From Escherichia coli (GTDB lineage Bacteria; Pseudomonadota; Gammaproteobacteria; Enterobacterales; Enterobacteriaceae), in assembly GCF_016903815.1 (NCBI RefSeq), contig NZ_CP069973.1: a stretch of 64,000 nucleotides of DNA; one strand, given 5' to 3'. This document shows, in pieces, positions 18,462 through 34,285 of this stretch. The position numbers were made by a program, and so were the translations under genes. Under the pieces are notes generated by a model. The model did no database searches and was not told where the DNA came from. It worked only from the letters and a program-made list of their open reading frames with translations. The stretch's first letter is position 1. Every line of letters begins with the position of its first letter.

Positions 18462-19898
18462 TTACTGTTCGCTTTCATCAGTATAGCGTTTTGCTTTGTA
18501 AGCCGGGTGCATCAGATTCTGTACGGAGAAAATATCGTCAAGTTCCGCTTCAGTCAACAGACCGCGTTCCAGAACGACTTCACGTACACTCTTACCGGTT
18601 TCGGCACAGATTTTACCCACGATGTCACCGTTGTGGTGACCGATGAACGGGTTCAGGTAAGTAACGATACCGATAGAGTTGTAAACGTAACCTTCGCACA
18701 CTTCTTTGTTAGCAGTGATGCCGTTAATGCATTTTTCCAGCAGGTTGTAGCAAGCGTTGGTCAGAATGTGAACGGATTCGAACATAGCCTGGCCAATGAC
18801 CGGCTCCATAACGTTCAACTGCAGCTGACCTGCTTCTGCTGCCATGGTAACAGTGGTGTCGTTACCGATGACTTTGAAGCATACCTGGTTAACCACTTCC
18901 GGAACAACCGGGTTTACTTTAGCTGGCATGATGGAAGAGCCCGCCTGCAGTTCCGGCAGGTTGATCTCGTTCAGGCCGGCACGTGGACCAGAAGAGAGCA
19001 AGCGCAGGTCGTTACAGATTTTGGACATCTTCACAGCCAGGCGTTTCAGCGCGCCGTGAACCATTACATAAGCGCCGCAGTCAGAGGTCGCTTCGATCAG
19101 GTCTTCAGCCGGTACGCATGGGAAGCCAGTGACTTCAGCCAGTTTTTTCACTGCCAGCGGAGAGTACTCTTTCGGCGTGTTCAGACCAGTACCGATTGCT
19201 GTTGCGCCAAGGTTAACTTCCAGCAGCAGTTCAGCGGTACGTTGGATATTTTTCACTTCTTCTTTCAGCAGGATGCTGAAAGCGCGGAATTCCTGACCGA
19301 GGGTCATCGGTACTGCGTCCTGCAGCTGGGTACGACCCATTTTCAGGATGTCCTGGAATTCGACAGCTTTACGTTCAAAGCCTTCACGCAGTTGGTTAAT
19401 CGCATCTACCAGCTTAATCAGGGAAGAGTAAACTGCGATACGGAAACCGGTCGGGTAGGCGTCGTTAGTGGACTGACATTTGTTAACATGGTCGTTCGGG
19501 TTCAGGTACTGATATTCACCTTTCTGGTGACCCATCAGTTCCAGACCGATATTGGCCAGCACTTCGTTGGTGTTCATGTTTACGGAAGTACCTGCGCCGC
19601 CCTGGTAGACGTCTACCGGGAACTGATCCATGCATTTTCCGTTGTTCAGGACTTCATCACATGCGGCAATGATGGCATTCGCTACACTTTTAGGAATGGT
19701 TTGCAGCTCTTTGTTTGCCATAGCTGCGGCTTTTTTAACCATTACCATACCGCGAACAAATTCAGGAATATCACTGATTTTGTTGTTGCTGATATAGAAG
19801 TTTTCAATCGCTCTCAGAGTGTGAACACCATAGTAGGCATCAGCTGGAACTTCCCTGGTACCCAACAGATCTTCTTCGATACGAATGTTGTTTGACAT
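18462..19898 (-). CDS. aspA: Aspartate ammonia-lyase
   Basis: 478 aa from [34 protein letters not shown]...; fumarase/aspartase family signature [10 protein letters not shown]. Confidence 0.97.
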
Positions 19899-20234
19899 GT
19901 GAACCTTCTTTTTCAAGCTGCCAATGATTTGCTTTAAACACACAGAATATATGTGGTTTCGAATGTTTTTCGACCGACGATTATCCCCTGCATCGACCGA
20001 ATACCCGAGATCATATGCTGCTTGAGGATTTCTACCGTAATCTGGATCACTTTAAGTGTCGGTTTTTACCCCTTAATTATTAATTTGTGAAATAGATCAC
20101 CGCTTTGGGATTACTACCAAAAATAGTTGCGCAAACATCTTGAAATTTTGCTAATGACCACAATATAAGCTGAACGCGATTCGCAACCCATTCAGGTAGC
20201 CGGGGTTAACCGGCTGCTATTACAGGAGAAACCT

Positions 20235-20711
20235 TTGCGCTGGTTACCTTTTATTGCCATTTTCCTTTATGTCTATATTGAGATTTCAATCTTTATTCAG
20301 GTTGCCCATGTATTGGGGGTATTGCTGACCCTCGTGCTGGTTATATTCACGTCAGTTATCGGTATGTCACTGGTACGTAACCAGGGCTTTAAGAATTTCG
20401 TGCTGATGCAGCAAAAAATGGCGGCGGGTGAAAACCCAGCGGCGGAGATGATTAAAAGTGTTTCGCTGATCATTGCCGGTTTGCTGCTTTTATTACCGGG
20501 CTTTTTCACCGACTTCCTTGGTCTTCTGCTTTTATTACCGCCGGTGCAAAAGCATCTGACAGTGAAGTTGATGCCACATTTGCGCTTTTCTCGCATGCCA
20601 GGCGGCGGTTTTAGCGCCGGGACCGGTGGCGGTAATACTTTTGATGGTGAGTACCAGCGAAAGGATGATGACCGCGACCGCCTTGATCATAAAGACGATC
20701 GCCAGGATTAA
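20235..20711 (+). CDS. fxsA: FxsA (F-exclusion suppressor) inner membrane protein
   Basis: 158 aa MRWLPFIAIFLYVYIEISIFIQVAHVLGVLLTL...; TTG start codon. Confidence 0.9.
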   Translation: MRWLPFIAIFLYVYIEISIFIQVAHVLGVLLTLVLVIFTSVIGMSLVRNQGFKNFVLMQQKMAAGENPAAEMIKSVSLIIAGLLLLLPGFFTDFLGLLLLLPPVQKHLTVKLMPHLRFSRMPGGGFSAGTGGGNTFDGEYQRKDDDRDRLDHKDDRQD

Positions 20712-20726
20712 TGTCGAAACGCCGGA

Positions 20727-21983
20727 TTATGTGGTTATGCCATTTTCCGGCGTTTTTCGTTTTGGCAGAAACAGCCATAACCCCGCCAGCATGATCAGCG
20801 CATAGAGACTTTTCCAGCCGACCATTGCCAGTAACAGAACGCATAACAGCCCGCCAACCACCGCCAGTAGTCGATAACGTCCTTGCAATAATTTACAGCC
20901 TGCCAGCATGCATAACAGATAAATCATAATAAAGATGCCATTGGCATAGATGATAAGTGCGTCCAGATTGATCTCTAAAGCATGAATCACCAACGTGCTC
21001 ACCACGCAGCAGCCGAGCACCGCATTGAGGGCATTATTCGGGATATGACGAGAAGAGAGGCGTGCCAGGTAGTGGTCAGGATTATGTTGCGCCTGCGACC
21101 AGACCAGGCGGGCGAAGCTCTGTATATAAATGTTGAGGCTGGCAAAGCAGGCCAGATAGCCAATCACGCAGGCAATCCATAACGCTCCTACACCGAACAA
21201 CTGCACTACAATTTTTGGAAGCGATGCTGCTGCCGCCATTTGTTCACCATAGGCGTCGAAGTGTAAGACGACTACCGTACAGCCCCAGTAGACTAATCCT
21301 GCCAGCAGCAGACCAATCATCAAAGCACGAGGAAAATCACGCTCTGGATTTTTAAATTCCGAGGCAAGATGGGCAAATGCTTCCAGACCGACAAAGCACC
21401 AGAACATCACTGATAACGCAGCAAATAACCCGGTAAGTTCGATATTACCAGGTGCAGGGAAGGGGATATTCGCAGGTTTGATATCGCCCGCCCACCAGAT
21501 AGCGACAATCAGCGCGACGATAAGTCCGGCAATAACTGTTTGTAGATTAGCACTGGAACTAGCACCGCGAGTACCGATATACCACACCAGCGCCAGCGTA
21601 CCGAGTTCTGCCAACAACAGTTGCCAGCTATGCCAGCCAAACATTGCCTGGCCGAACCCGGCGGCAATTTGTAGCGCGGCAGGCAAACCCACGGGAATGA
21701 CCGATAAAAACAACCAGCCGGTGACTCGCTCAAGCCGCGAACCAAACGCCATACCGACGAAGTGCGCGACACCGCCTGCGCTGGGATAGTGGCGACCCAG
21801 AATCGCAAACACAATCGCAATCGGGAACACTAAGATAATCAAAACGGGCCACGCCCACAGGCTGTTATTGCCCGCTACCAGCGCAGCTAACGCAGGAACG
21901 GCAAACACGCCAGTGCCTAATAATGACGTCGATAGCAGGCCAATGCCCTGGGCCAGCCCCAGTTCTTGTTTGAGTCTACTCAT
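20727..21983 (-). CDS. yjeH: Amino acid exporter YjeH (APC superfamily)
   Basis: 418 aa from MSRLKQELGLAQGIGLLSTSLLGTGVFAVPALAALVAG... Confidence 0.9.
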   Translation of the reverse strand: MSRLKQELGLAQGIGLLSTSLLGTGVFAVPALAALVAGNNSLWAWPVLIILVFPIAIVFAILGRHYPSAGGVAHFVGMAFGSRLERVTGWLFLSVIPVGLPAALQIAAGFGQAMFGWHSWQLLLAELGTLALVWYIGTRGASSSANLQTVIAGLIVALIVAIWWAGDIKPANIPFPAPGNIELTGLFAALSVMFWCFVGLEAFAHLASEFKNPERDFPRALMIGLLLAGLVYWGCTVVVLHFDAYGEQMAAAASLPKIVVQLFGVGALWIACVIGYLACFASLNIYIQSFARLVWSQAQHNPDHYLARLSSRHIPNNALNAVLGCCVVSTLVIHALEINLDALIIYANGIFIMIYLLCMLAGCKLLQGRYRLLAVVGGLLCVLLLAMVGWKSLYALIMLAGLWLFLPKRKTPENGITT

Positions 21984-22145
21984 GGGTTGATGTCCGATTG
22001 CGCCCAAATTATGGGCAACTGCGTAGATTTTCGATGGTAGCACAATCAGATTCGCTTATGACGGTGATGAAGAAATTGCGATGAAATGTGAGGTGAATCA
22101 GGGTTTTCACCCGATTTTGTGCTGATCAGAATTTTTTTTCTTTTT

Positions 22146-22181
22146 CCCCCTTGAAGGGGCGAAGCCTCATCCCCATTTCTC
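22146..22181 (+). promoter_or_regulatory. Sigma-32 heat-shock promoter of groESL
   Basis: CCCCCTTGAA (-35) ...13-14 bp... CCCCATTTCT (-10) upstream of groES, matching the sigma-32 consensus. Confidence 0.75.
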
Positions 22182-22207
22182 TGGTCACCAGCCGGGAAAC
22201 CACGTAA

Positions 22208-22552
<345 letters not shown>

Positions 22553-22583
22553 TCCGCGCACGACACTGAACATACGAATTTAA

Positions 22584-24242
<1,659 letters not shown>

Positions 24243-24271
24243 TTGCCCTGCACCTCGCAGAAATAAACAAA

Positions 24272-24304
24272 CCCCCGGGCAGAAATGTCTGGGGGTTTTT
24301 CTTT
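24272..24304 (+). terminator. groESL rho-independent terminator
   Basis: ACCCCCGGGCAGAAATGTCTGGGGG hairpin followed by TTTTTCTTTT. Confidence 0.8.
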
Positions 24305-24379
24305 TGGTCATCTTTCTAGTATAAGATTCAGACACGGACGACGCGAGTGGCGTCCAGCTCATTGATTATGGGGAATAAC

Positions 24380-24733
24380 ATGCACGTAAAATACTTAGCA
24401 GGGATTGTCGGTGCCGCGCTACTGATGGCGGGTTGTAGCTCCAGCAACGAATTGAGTGCTGCCGGTCAGAGTGTACGCATTGTGGACGAGCAGCCAGGCG
24501 CAGAGTGCCAGCTGATTGGTACTGCGACAGGTAAGCAAAGCAACTGGCTTTCCGGGCAACACGGTGAAGAGGGCGGTTCTATGCGCGGCGCAGCAAACGA
24601 TCTGCGCAACCAGGCGGCTGCAATGGGCGGTAACGTGATTTATGGCATCAGCAGCCCGTCGCAGGGGATGTTGTCCAGTTTTGTCCCGACGGATAGCCAG
24701 ATTATCGGCCAGGTATATAAGTGCCCGAACTGA
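24380..24733 (+). CDS. yjeI: Lipoprotein YjeI
   Basis: 117 aa from MHVKYLAGIVGAALLMAGCSS (lipobox) ... Confidence 0.85.
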   Translation: MHVKYLAGIVGAALLMAGCSSSNELSAAGQSVRIVDEQPGAECQLIGTATGKQSNWLSGQHGEEGGSMRGAANDLRNQAAAMGGNVIYGISSPSQGMLSSFVPTDSQIIGQVYKCPN

Positions 24734-24782
24734 TGGGATCCAGAGGCTGGATACTTCCAGCCTCGTAGTAAAACAGATGGGA

Positions 24783-25652
24783 TTATTTCGCCTGTGGTGC
24801 AGTTTTGCTGGTGGATTGAACACGTAAGTGATGCAGCGCGCGTAAGCATTGATCCTGGGTTAGCGGTTGGGCGTTATTTGCCGCTACGGTGCGAACATAG
24901 ACCTGACATGGTACACCCGCGAGTTTTTTCAGTCGTGGGCTGAAATCAAGCATTCGGCGAGTGATCGCCTCCACTTCTTTACCCGGCGTTGCTTCACGCG
25001 TTTTCACCACTGCGCCGCTAAATTGTTCTTTGCCACTTTCATCTTTAAAGCGGTAAAGCACCGCCAGATAATGGTTGAACAAGTTATGTTTCCATTCCGG
25101 TTGGGAATAGGTGTCATATTCCAGATTGCCATTGTCCTGGCAGTCAACGTCGTATAACGGCAGGAAATCTAACAGTGAAGTAATACGTAATGCCAGTTCA
25201 CGCATTTCCGCATTATTAATTGCATGAATGATTGCTCGCGCCAGCATTTCAATCTGCAATTCATTGATGACTAACTCACATTTGCTACTGTCATGTAGCG
25301 TTAATACGAAGGTAAGATTTTCACCCTGATTATCGGTAAGTTCCAGCGTGTTAACCCGACGATTAATATCGGCATTTTTAAGCTCATCAACCAGAATTTC
25401 TGGTATATTTTCTGCCATTTTCTTAATGACTTTATCGCGAGCTTGCTCATACTGAAGGCGTGCAGCAGCATCCAGTTTATGCTTTTGATGCAGACGGCTT
25501 TCCAGCGCAATCAGAAGGTCGCGCAGTTCCATGACAGACAGAAAGAACAACGATTCTTTATTGCGAGGCTCTTTAATTTTCAGCGCCAGTGCAATGAAAT
25601 TATTACTCTTGCGAATAACACCGGTATTAACACCCTTGATGCTTATGGCCAT
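24783..25652 (-). CDS. yjeJ: Uncharacterized protein YjeJ
   Basis: 289 aa ORF in conserved position between yjeI and epmB. Confidence 0.8.
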   Translation of the reverse strand: MAISIKGVNTGVIRKSNNFIALALKIKEPRNKESLFFLSVMELRDLLIALESRLHQKHKLDAAARLQYEQARDKVIKKMAENIPEILVDELKNADINRRVNTLELTDNQGENLTFVLTLHDSSKCELVINELQIEMLARAIIHAINNAEMRELALRITSLLDFLPLYDVDCQDNGNLEYDTYSQPEWKHNLFNHYLAVLYRFKDESGKEQFSGAVVKTREATPGKEVEAITRRMLDFSPRLKKLAGVPCQVYVRTVAANNAQPLTQDQCLRALHHLRVQSTSKTAPQAK

Positions 25653-25886
25653 GTAGGTTCTCCCTAACCATTTCTCAATTCAATAATTAATTTTAATTTA
25701 TAAGCCAGATAAATGGGCTTGGTAGTAATAGTTGTTAAAATAACATAAATAGCCGTGCTCACTCTATATAAACAGAAAAGAAAGGTTAATTATTGGTGTT
25801 GGTTATATAAAAAGTAATAACAGCAATGTATATGAATAATTAAAGGTTATGCAACGTGCAAAGATTAAACTTCCCTGTTTAATCAG

Positions 25887-26915
25887 TTACTGCTGGCGTA
25901 GCTGGAGATCCAGCGGCGTTTTGCTGGGTTCGCCGCCAATTTCTCGCGCCAGTTTAGGCACCAGATATCCCGACACCAGTGTCAGCAACTCACGCATAAT
26001 CTGCCGTGCTTCGTCATCACTCACCATAAAATGCGCCGCGCCCTGTACTTTATCGAGCACATGCAGGTAATACGGCATCACGCCGGCATCGAACAACGCA
26101 TTACTCAGGTTTGCCAGCGTTTGTGCGTTATCGTTCACGCCACGTAACAGAACGCTCTGGTTGAGCAAAGTAACGCCTACCCGGCGCAACTTAGCCATCG
26201 CCTGACGGAATGTTTCATCTATCTCATTGGCATGGTTGATGTGATTCACCAGCAAGATTTGCAGCGTAGAATGTGAAAAGCGTTCAACCAGCGCATCTGT
26301 GATGCGTGCCGGGATCACAATCGGCAGACGGCTGTGAATCCGCAGACGTTTGATATGCGGGATGGCTTCCAGTTGTGTGAGCAACCAGTCCAGCTCGTGA
26401 TCTTTCGCCATCAGCGGATCGCCGCCGGAGAAAATCATCTCGTCCAGTTCCGGATGCGCAGCAACATACTCAAGTGCAGTCTGCCAGTTACGCTTGTTGC
26501 CCTGATTTTCGGCATAGGGGAAGTGGCGACGGAAGCAATAGCGGCAATTTACCGCGCAGCCGCCTTTGACCAGCAAAAGCGCCCGGTTGTGGTATTTATG
26601 CAACAAACCTGGCACTACGCTGTGCTGTTCTTCCAGCGGGTCGGTGGAGAATCCGGGCGCGACGACAAACTCATCTTGCGAGGTAATTACCTGACGCAAA
26701 AGCGGATCGTTCGGATTGCCTTTCTCCATGCGATCGATAAATGAGCGGGGCACACGCAGGGCAAACAGCTTTTTGGCGCTGCATCCGGCCAACAGTTTTT
26801 CGTCCGCGTCTATATTCAAAAGACGCAGAAGTTCATCAGGATCGGTCACAACATCGGCAAGTTGCGTTAACCAATCTTCTCTGGATGGGGTATTTAGGGT
26901 TACAATATGCGCCAT
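25887..26915 (-). CDS. epmB: EF-P beta-lysylation radical SAM protein (lysine 2,3-aminomutase-like) EpmB
   Basis: 342 aa; radical SAM CxxxCxxC motif (GGCAVNCRYCFRRHF). Confidence 0.93.
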   Translation of the reverse strand: MAHIVTLNTPSREDWLTQLADVVTDPDELLRLLNIDADEKLLAGCSAKKLFALRVPRSFIDRMEKGNPNDPLLRQVITSQDEFVVAPGFSTDPLEEQHSVVPGLLHKYHNRALLLVKGGCAVNCRYCFRRHFPYAENQGNKRNWQTALEYVAAHPELDEMIFSGGDPLMAKDHELDWLLTQLEAIPHIKRLRIHSRLPIVIPARITDALVERFSHSTLQILLVNHINHANEIDETFRQAMAKLRRVGVTLLNQSVLLRGVNDNAQTLANLSNALFDAGVMPYYLHVLDKVQGAAHFMVSDDEARQIMRELLTLVSGYLVPKLAREIGGEPSKTPLDLQLRQQ

Positions 26916-26956
26916 TTTGTGGCTTAGCTACCAATTAACAAATTTCAGAGGGCCTT

Positions 26957-27523
26957 ATGGCAACGTACTATAGCAACGATTTTCGTGCTGGTCTTAAAAT
27001 CATGTTAGACGGCGAACCTTACGCGGTTGAAGCGAGTGAATTCGTAAAACCGGGTAAAGGCCAGGCATTTGCTCGCGTTAAACTGCGTCGTCTGCTGACC
27101 GGTACTCGCGTAGAAAAAACCTTCAAATCTACTGATTCCGCTGAAGGTGCTGATGTTGTCGATATGAACCTGACTTACCTGTACAACGACGGTGAGTTCT
27201 GGCACTTCATGAACAACGAAACTTTCGAGCAGCTGTCTGCTGATGCAAAAGCAATTGGCGACAACGCCAAATGGTTGCTGGATCAGGCAGAGTGTATCGT
27301 AACTCTGTGGAATGGTCAGCCGATCTCCGTTACTCCGCCGAACTTCGTTGAACTGGAAATCGTGGATACCGATCCGGGCCTGAAAGGTGATACCGCAGGT
27401 ACTGGCGGCAAACCGGCTACCCTGTCTACTGGCGCTGTGGTTAAAGTTCCGCTGTTTGTACAAATCGGCGAAGTCATCAAAGTGGATACCCGCTCTGGTG
27501 AATACGTCTCTCGCGTGAAGTAA
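26957..27523 (+). CDS. efp: Elongation factor P
   Basis: 188 aa [49 protein letters not shown]... Confidence 0.97.
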
Positions 27524-27574
27524 TGCGGTTGTGGTGCGGCCTGCAGGCTGCACCATCACTTATTCAGGTCAGAG

Positions 27575-27700
27575 ATGATGAAACGCCTTATCGTTCTTGT
27601 TTTGCTTGCCAGTGCGCTGCTCACGGGCTGTAACACCGCTCGCGGTTTTGGTGAAGACATTAAACATCTCGGTAATTCCATCTCCCGCGCTGCCAGCTAA
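27575..27700 (+). CDS. ecnA: Entericidin A lipoprotein (antidote)
   Basis: 41 aa MMKRLIVLVLLASALLTGCNTARGFGEDIKHLGNSISRAAS; lipobox LTGC. Not in the ORF track because it is short. Confidence 0.85.
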   Translation: MMKRLIVLVLLASALLTGCNTARGFGEDIKHLGNSISRAAS

Positions 27701-27810
27701 TTTTTCTTCTCTTCCGAAAAATCATCAGATTTCCATCATTTTTGGTGATGTTGTCTATTATTAATTTGCTATAGGCAAACATAAATAACATTACCTAAAA
27801 GGAAGACGTT

Positions 27811-27957
27811 ATGGTGAAGAAGACAATTGCAGCGATCTTTTCTGTTCTGGTGCTTTCAACAGTATTAACTGCCTGCAACACCACGCGTGGCGTTGGTGAA
27901 GACATTTCTGATGGCGGTAACGCGATTTCTGGCGCAGCAACGAAAGCGCAGCAGTAA
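27811..27957 (+). CDS. ecnB: Entericidin B lipoprotein (bacteriolytic toxin)
   Basis: 48 aa [48 protein letters not shown]; paralog of ecnA. Confidence 0.85.
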
Positions 27958-27994
27958 GCAATAACGGTACGACAGTTATGTCGTGCCGTTTGTT

Positions 27995-28700
27995 GTGCAC
28001 AGAAAACCCCCAGCTAGGCTGGGGGTTCCGGAAAGCTTTCAGCTTTGAGCCAGTTATTAAAACCCCTTTTGATTTGTTAAAACACCTTGCGGTCTGGCAA
28101 CTGCAAGTGTCAAACAAGAAATCAAAAGGGGGTCCCAATGGGGAACGAAAAGAGCTTAGCGCACACCCGATGGAACTGTAAATATCACATAGTTTTTGCG
28201 CCAAAATACCGAAGACAGGTGTTCTACAGAGAGAAGCGTAGAGCAATAGGCAGTATTTTGAGAAAGCTGTGTGAGTGGAAAAGCGTACGGATTCTGGAAG
28301 CTGAATGCTGTGCAGATCATATCCATATGCTTGTGGAGATCCCGCCCAAAATGAGCGTATCCGGGTTTATGGGATATCTGAAAGGGAAAAGCAGTCTGAT
28401 GCTTTACGAGCAGTTTGGTGATTTGAAATTCAAATACAGGAACAGGGAGTTCTGGTGCAGAGGGTACTACGTCGATACAGTGGGTAAGAACACGGCGAAG
28501 ATACAGGATTACATAAAGCACCAGCTTGAAGAGGATAAAATGGGAGAGCAGTTATCGATTCCCTATCCGGGCAGCCCGTTTACGGGCCGTAAGTAACGAA
28601 GTTGGATGCAAATGTCAGATCGTGTGCGCCTGTTAGGGCGCGGCTGGTAAGAGAGCCTTATAGGCGCATTTGAAAAACCTCCGGCTATGCCGGAGGATAT
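27995..28700 (+). mobile_element. IS200/IS605-family (IS200-like) insertion sequence; boundaries approximate (+/- ~15 bp)
   Basis: Single Y1-transposase gene flanked by subterminal hairpins: CCCCCAGC-tag-GCTGGGGG (28007-28025) and CCTCCGG-ctatg-CCGGAGG (28678-28696); ~700 bp overall, as expected for IS200. Confidence 0.8.
28138..28596 (+). CDS. tnpA: IS200-family transposase TnpA (Y1 HUH transposase)
   Basis: 152 aa MGNEKSLAHTRWNCKYHIVFAPKYRRQVFYREKRRAIGSILRKLCEWKSVRILEAECCADHIHMLVEIPPKMSVSGFMGYLKGKSSLMLYEQF...; HxH (HIHML) motif and catalytic Tyr region. Confidence 0.92.
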   Translation: MGNEKSLAHTRWNCKYHIVFAPKYRRQVFYREKRRAIGSILRKLCEWKSVRILEAECCADHIHMLVEIPPKMSVSGFMGYLKGKSSLMLYEQFGDLKFKYRNREFWCRGYYVDTVGKNTAKIQDYIKHQLEEDKMGEQLSIPYPGSPFTGRK

Positions 28701-28781
28701 TTATTTTTTTGCGATAGTCACAAAGGTAATAGTTGAAATTCCCCTGCCACCTGGCAAAATATCCGTTCAACCATCAGCTTT

Positions 28782-28824
28782 GCAGGACGACCTGCAAACG
28801 CCTCTTTTCACCGGGGACGGCCCC
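28782..28824 (+). promoter_or_regulatory. Guanidine-II (mini-ykkC) riboswitch in the gdx 5' leader
   Basis: Two short hairpins with ACGR tetraloops: GCAGG-ACGA-CCTGC (28782-28795) and GGGG-ACGG-CCCC (28813-28824), directly upstream of the gdx start codon. Confidence 0.85.
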
Positions 28825-28842
28825 AATTCTCCGGAGCCTGAT

Positions 28843-29160
28843 ATGTCCTGGATTATCTTAGTTATTGCTGGTCTGCTGGAAGTGGTATGGGCCGTTGGCC
28901 TGAAATATACCCACGGCTTTAGTCGTTTGACGCCAAGTGTTATTACCGTGACGGCGATGATTGTCAGTATGGCGCTACTTGCCTGGGCGATGAAATCGTT
29001 ACCAGTAGGGACGGCTTATGCCGTGTGGACGGGTATTGGCGCAGTCGGCGCGGCCATCACCGGCATTGTGCTGCTCGGCGAGTCCGCTAACCCGATGCGC
29101 CTGGCGAGTCTGGCGTTAATCGTATTGGGGATTATTGGTCTGAAACTCAGCACTCACTAA
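28843..29160 (+). CDS. gdx: Guanidinium exporter Gdx (SugE), SMR family
   Basis: 105 aa [105 protein letters not shown]. Confidence 0.95.
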   Translation: MSWIILVIAGLLEVVWAVGLKYTHGFSRLTPSVITVTAMIVSMALLAWAMKSLPVGTAYAVWTGIGAVGAAITGIVLLGESANPMRLASLALIVLGIIGLKLSTH

Positions 29161-29690
29161 CTACCGGGCTGCTGTACCCAAATAAACTTACTGACATCAA
29201 ACCCTTCCTGGGTCGCGACTGCCAGCATCTCCTGTTTCACTTCGTCAGAAATGGTTGGTGTGCGGGAGAGTATCCACAGGTAGTCGCGGTCCGGGCCGCA
29301 AACCAGCGCATGGCGGTATTCCCGATCGAGTGCAATAACGTTATAACCGCCATAGAAAGGACCAAAGAATGACACTTTCAGCGCAGCGCGAGTTGGTGCG
29401 CCGGTAAAGTACGCTTTCCCTTCACTCTGCTGCCACATTTCTCTGTCAGGGTTATAGCCTTTATTAATGACATTCAGGCCGCCGTCATCCCGCAGGCTGT
29501 ATGTTGCGGTGACTTTTTCCAGTCCACGTTCAAAGCGGTGATCAAAACGGGCAATCTCATACCAGGTACCGAGATAGCGTTTAGCATCGAAATTATTCAC
29601 TACGGTCACGCCACGGGGCGGCGTAGGAGAACTGCAGGCAACGACCAGAAATGCAGCTGTCGCTGCGGCAACGAGAGGGAGCAGGCGCAT
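29157..29690 (-). CDS. blc: Outer membrane lipocalin Blc
   Basis: 177 aa [57 protein letters not shown]...; convergent with gdx, stop codons overlapping. Confidence 0.95.
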   Translation of the reverse strand: MRLLPLVAAATAAFLVVACSSPTPPRGVTVVNNFDAKRYLGTWYEIARFDHRFERGLEKVTATYSLRDDGGLNVINKGYNPDREMWQQSEGKAYFTGAPTRAALKVSFFGPFYGGYNVIALDREYRHALVCGPDRDYLWILSRTPTISDEVKQEMLAVATQEGFDVSKFIWVQQPGS

Positions 29691-29777
29691 AAATGTTTCC
29701 TTACTGGTTTTTTCTAAGTGTAGATGACAGCAAGGAAAAGCGCAGAAAAGGTCCGAAAATTCGGACCCGATGAAATT

Positions 29778-31333
<1,556 letters not shown>

Positions 31334-31343
31334 CTCAGGCTCC

Positions 31344-32476
<1,133 letters not shown>

Positions 32477-32484
<8 letters not shown>

Positions 32485-34285
32485 TCGCCTTCTCCTTCTT
32501 ATTGGCTGCTTCCGCCTTATCGGCTGCATCCGCTTCGCCACCGTAGACGCGTTTAGCTGGCGGCAGCGTAGTAATCTTCACGTCGCTGTACTCCAGGCGA
32601 GTTGTGCCATCAGCATCGCGGAAGGCGAGGGTGTGTTTGAGGAAGTTGACGTCGTCACGCTCGGTGCAACCTTCGTCCAGACGCTGGTGCGCGCCGCGGG
32701 ACTCTTTACGTGCCATTGCGGAGTGCGCCATACATTCAGCAACGTTCAGACCGTGACCCAGTTCAATGGTGTAGAGCAGGTCGGTGTTGAACACGCTGGA
32801 GGTGTCGGTGATGCGCACGCGCTTGAAGCGTTCCTGCAGCTCAGCCAGCTTGTCGATGGTTTTCTGCATCAGTTCCGGCGTACGGTAGATACCGCAACCT
32901 TCTTCCATAGCCAGGCCCATTTTGTCGCGGATCTTCGCCCAGTTTTCGCCGCCATCCTGGTTAACCAGATCTTTCAGACGTTGTTCAACGCCAGCTGCCT
33001 GCGCTTCAATTGCCGCTTCGTTGCCATTACCGGCAGTTGCTGCACGCTCTGTCGCTTGTTCACCGGCCAGACGGCCGAAGACCACCAGTTCCGCCAGGGA
33101 GTTGGAGCCCAGACGGTTTGCACCGTGCAGACCAACAGAGGAACATTCACCCACGGCGAACAGACCTTTAATGCGGGTTTCACAGTTCTGATCGGTTTCG
33201 ATACCGCCCATGGTGTAGTGTGCGGTCGGACGTACCGGAATCGGTTCTTTAACCGGATCGACGCCAACGTACGCTTTCGCCAGTTCGCAGATGAACGGCA
33301 GACGTTCATGCAGTTTTTTCTCGCCGAGGTGACGCAGGTCGAGATAAACCACATCGCCACGCGGCGTGGAGATGGTGTTGCCTTTACGCCATTCGTGCCA
33401 GAAGGCCTGAGAAACTTTGTCGCGTGGACCCAGTTCCATATATTTGTTTTTCGGCTCGCCCAGCGGAGTTTCCGGGCCCATGCCGTAATCTTGCAGATAA
33501 CGGTAGCCATTTTTGTTGACCAGAATACCACCTTCACCGCGGCAGCCTTCTGTCATCAGGATACCGGAACCTGGCAGACCGGTTGGGTGATACTGAACGA
33601 ATTCCATGTCACGCAGCGGAACGCCGTGGCTTAGCGCCATACCCATACCGTCACCGGTAACGATGCCGCCGTTGGTGTTGTAACGATAAACGCGACCCGC
33701 ACCGCCGGTAGCCATAACGACCGCGTTAGCACGGATCTGCACCAGCGTGCCTTCCATCATGTTCATTGCTACCAGGCCGCGAACATGACCATCATCAACC
33801 AGAATATCCAGCACGAAATGTTCGTCAAAACGCTGGATCTGCGGGAATTGCAGAGAGGTCTGGAACAGCGTGTGCAGCATATGGAAGCCGGTCTTATCGG
33901 CGGCGAACCAGGTACGCTCGATTTTCATGCCGCCGAAGCGACGTACGTTGACGCTACCATCCGGGCGACGGCTCCATGGGCATCCCCACAGTTCCAGTTG
34001 GGTCATTTCGGTTGGGCAGTGGTGGACGAAATAATCCACGACATCCTGCTCACACAACCAGTCGCCACCCGCTACTGTATCGTGAAAGTGATATTCGAAG
34101 CTGTCATGATCCTGCGCGACAGCGGCGGAGCCCCCTTCTGCAGCAACGGTATGGCTACGCATCGGGTATACTTTTGAGATTAGTGCGATTTTTGCATTTG
34201 GATTTGCCTGCGCGGCAGCAATTGCAGCACGTAATCCCGCGCCACCGGCGCCTACAATGGCAAGATCGGCTTGAAAGGTTTGCAC
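32477..34285 (-). CDS. frdA: Fumarate reductase flavoprotein subunit FrdA
   Basis: 602 aa [52 protein letters not shown]...; FAD-binding GxGxxG and histidyl-FAD region. Confidence 0.97.

Noticed and set aside
18444-19895. 483-aa plus-strand ORF
   Set aside because: Lies entirely antisense to aspA, whose translation is an unmistakable aspartase; the antisense frame has low-complexity composition and no recognisable family. Shadow ORF.
32633-33634. 333-aa plus-strand ORF
   Set aside because: Antisense to frdA; shadow ORF of a GC-rich conserved gene. Similar antisense ORFs opposite dcuA (17121..17906), the decarboxylase (4714..5253), psd (40702..41727), purA (56391..57605) and rnr (59681..60253) were rejected for the same reason.
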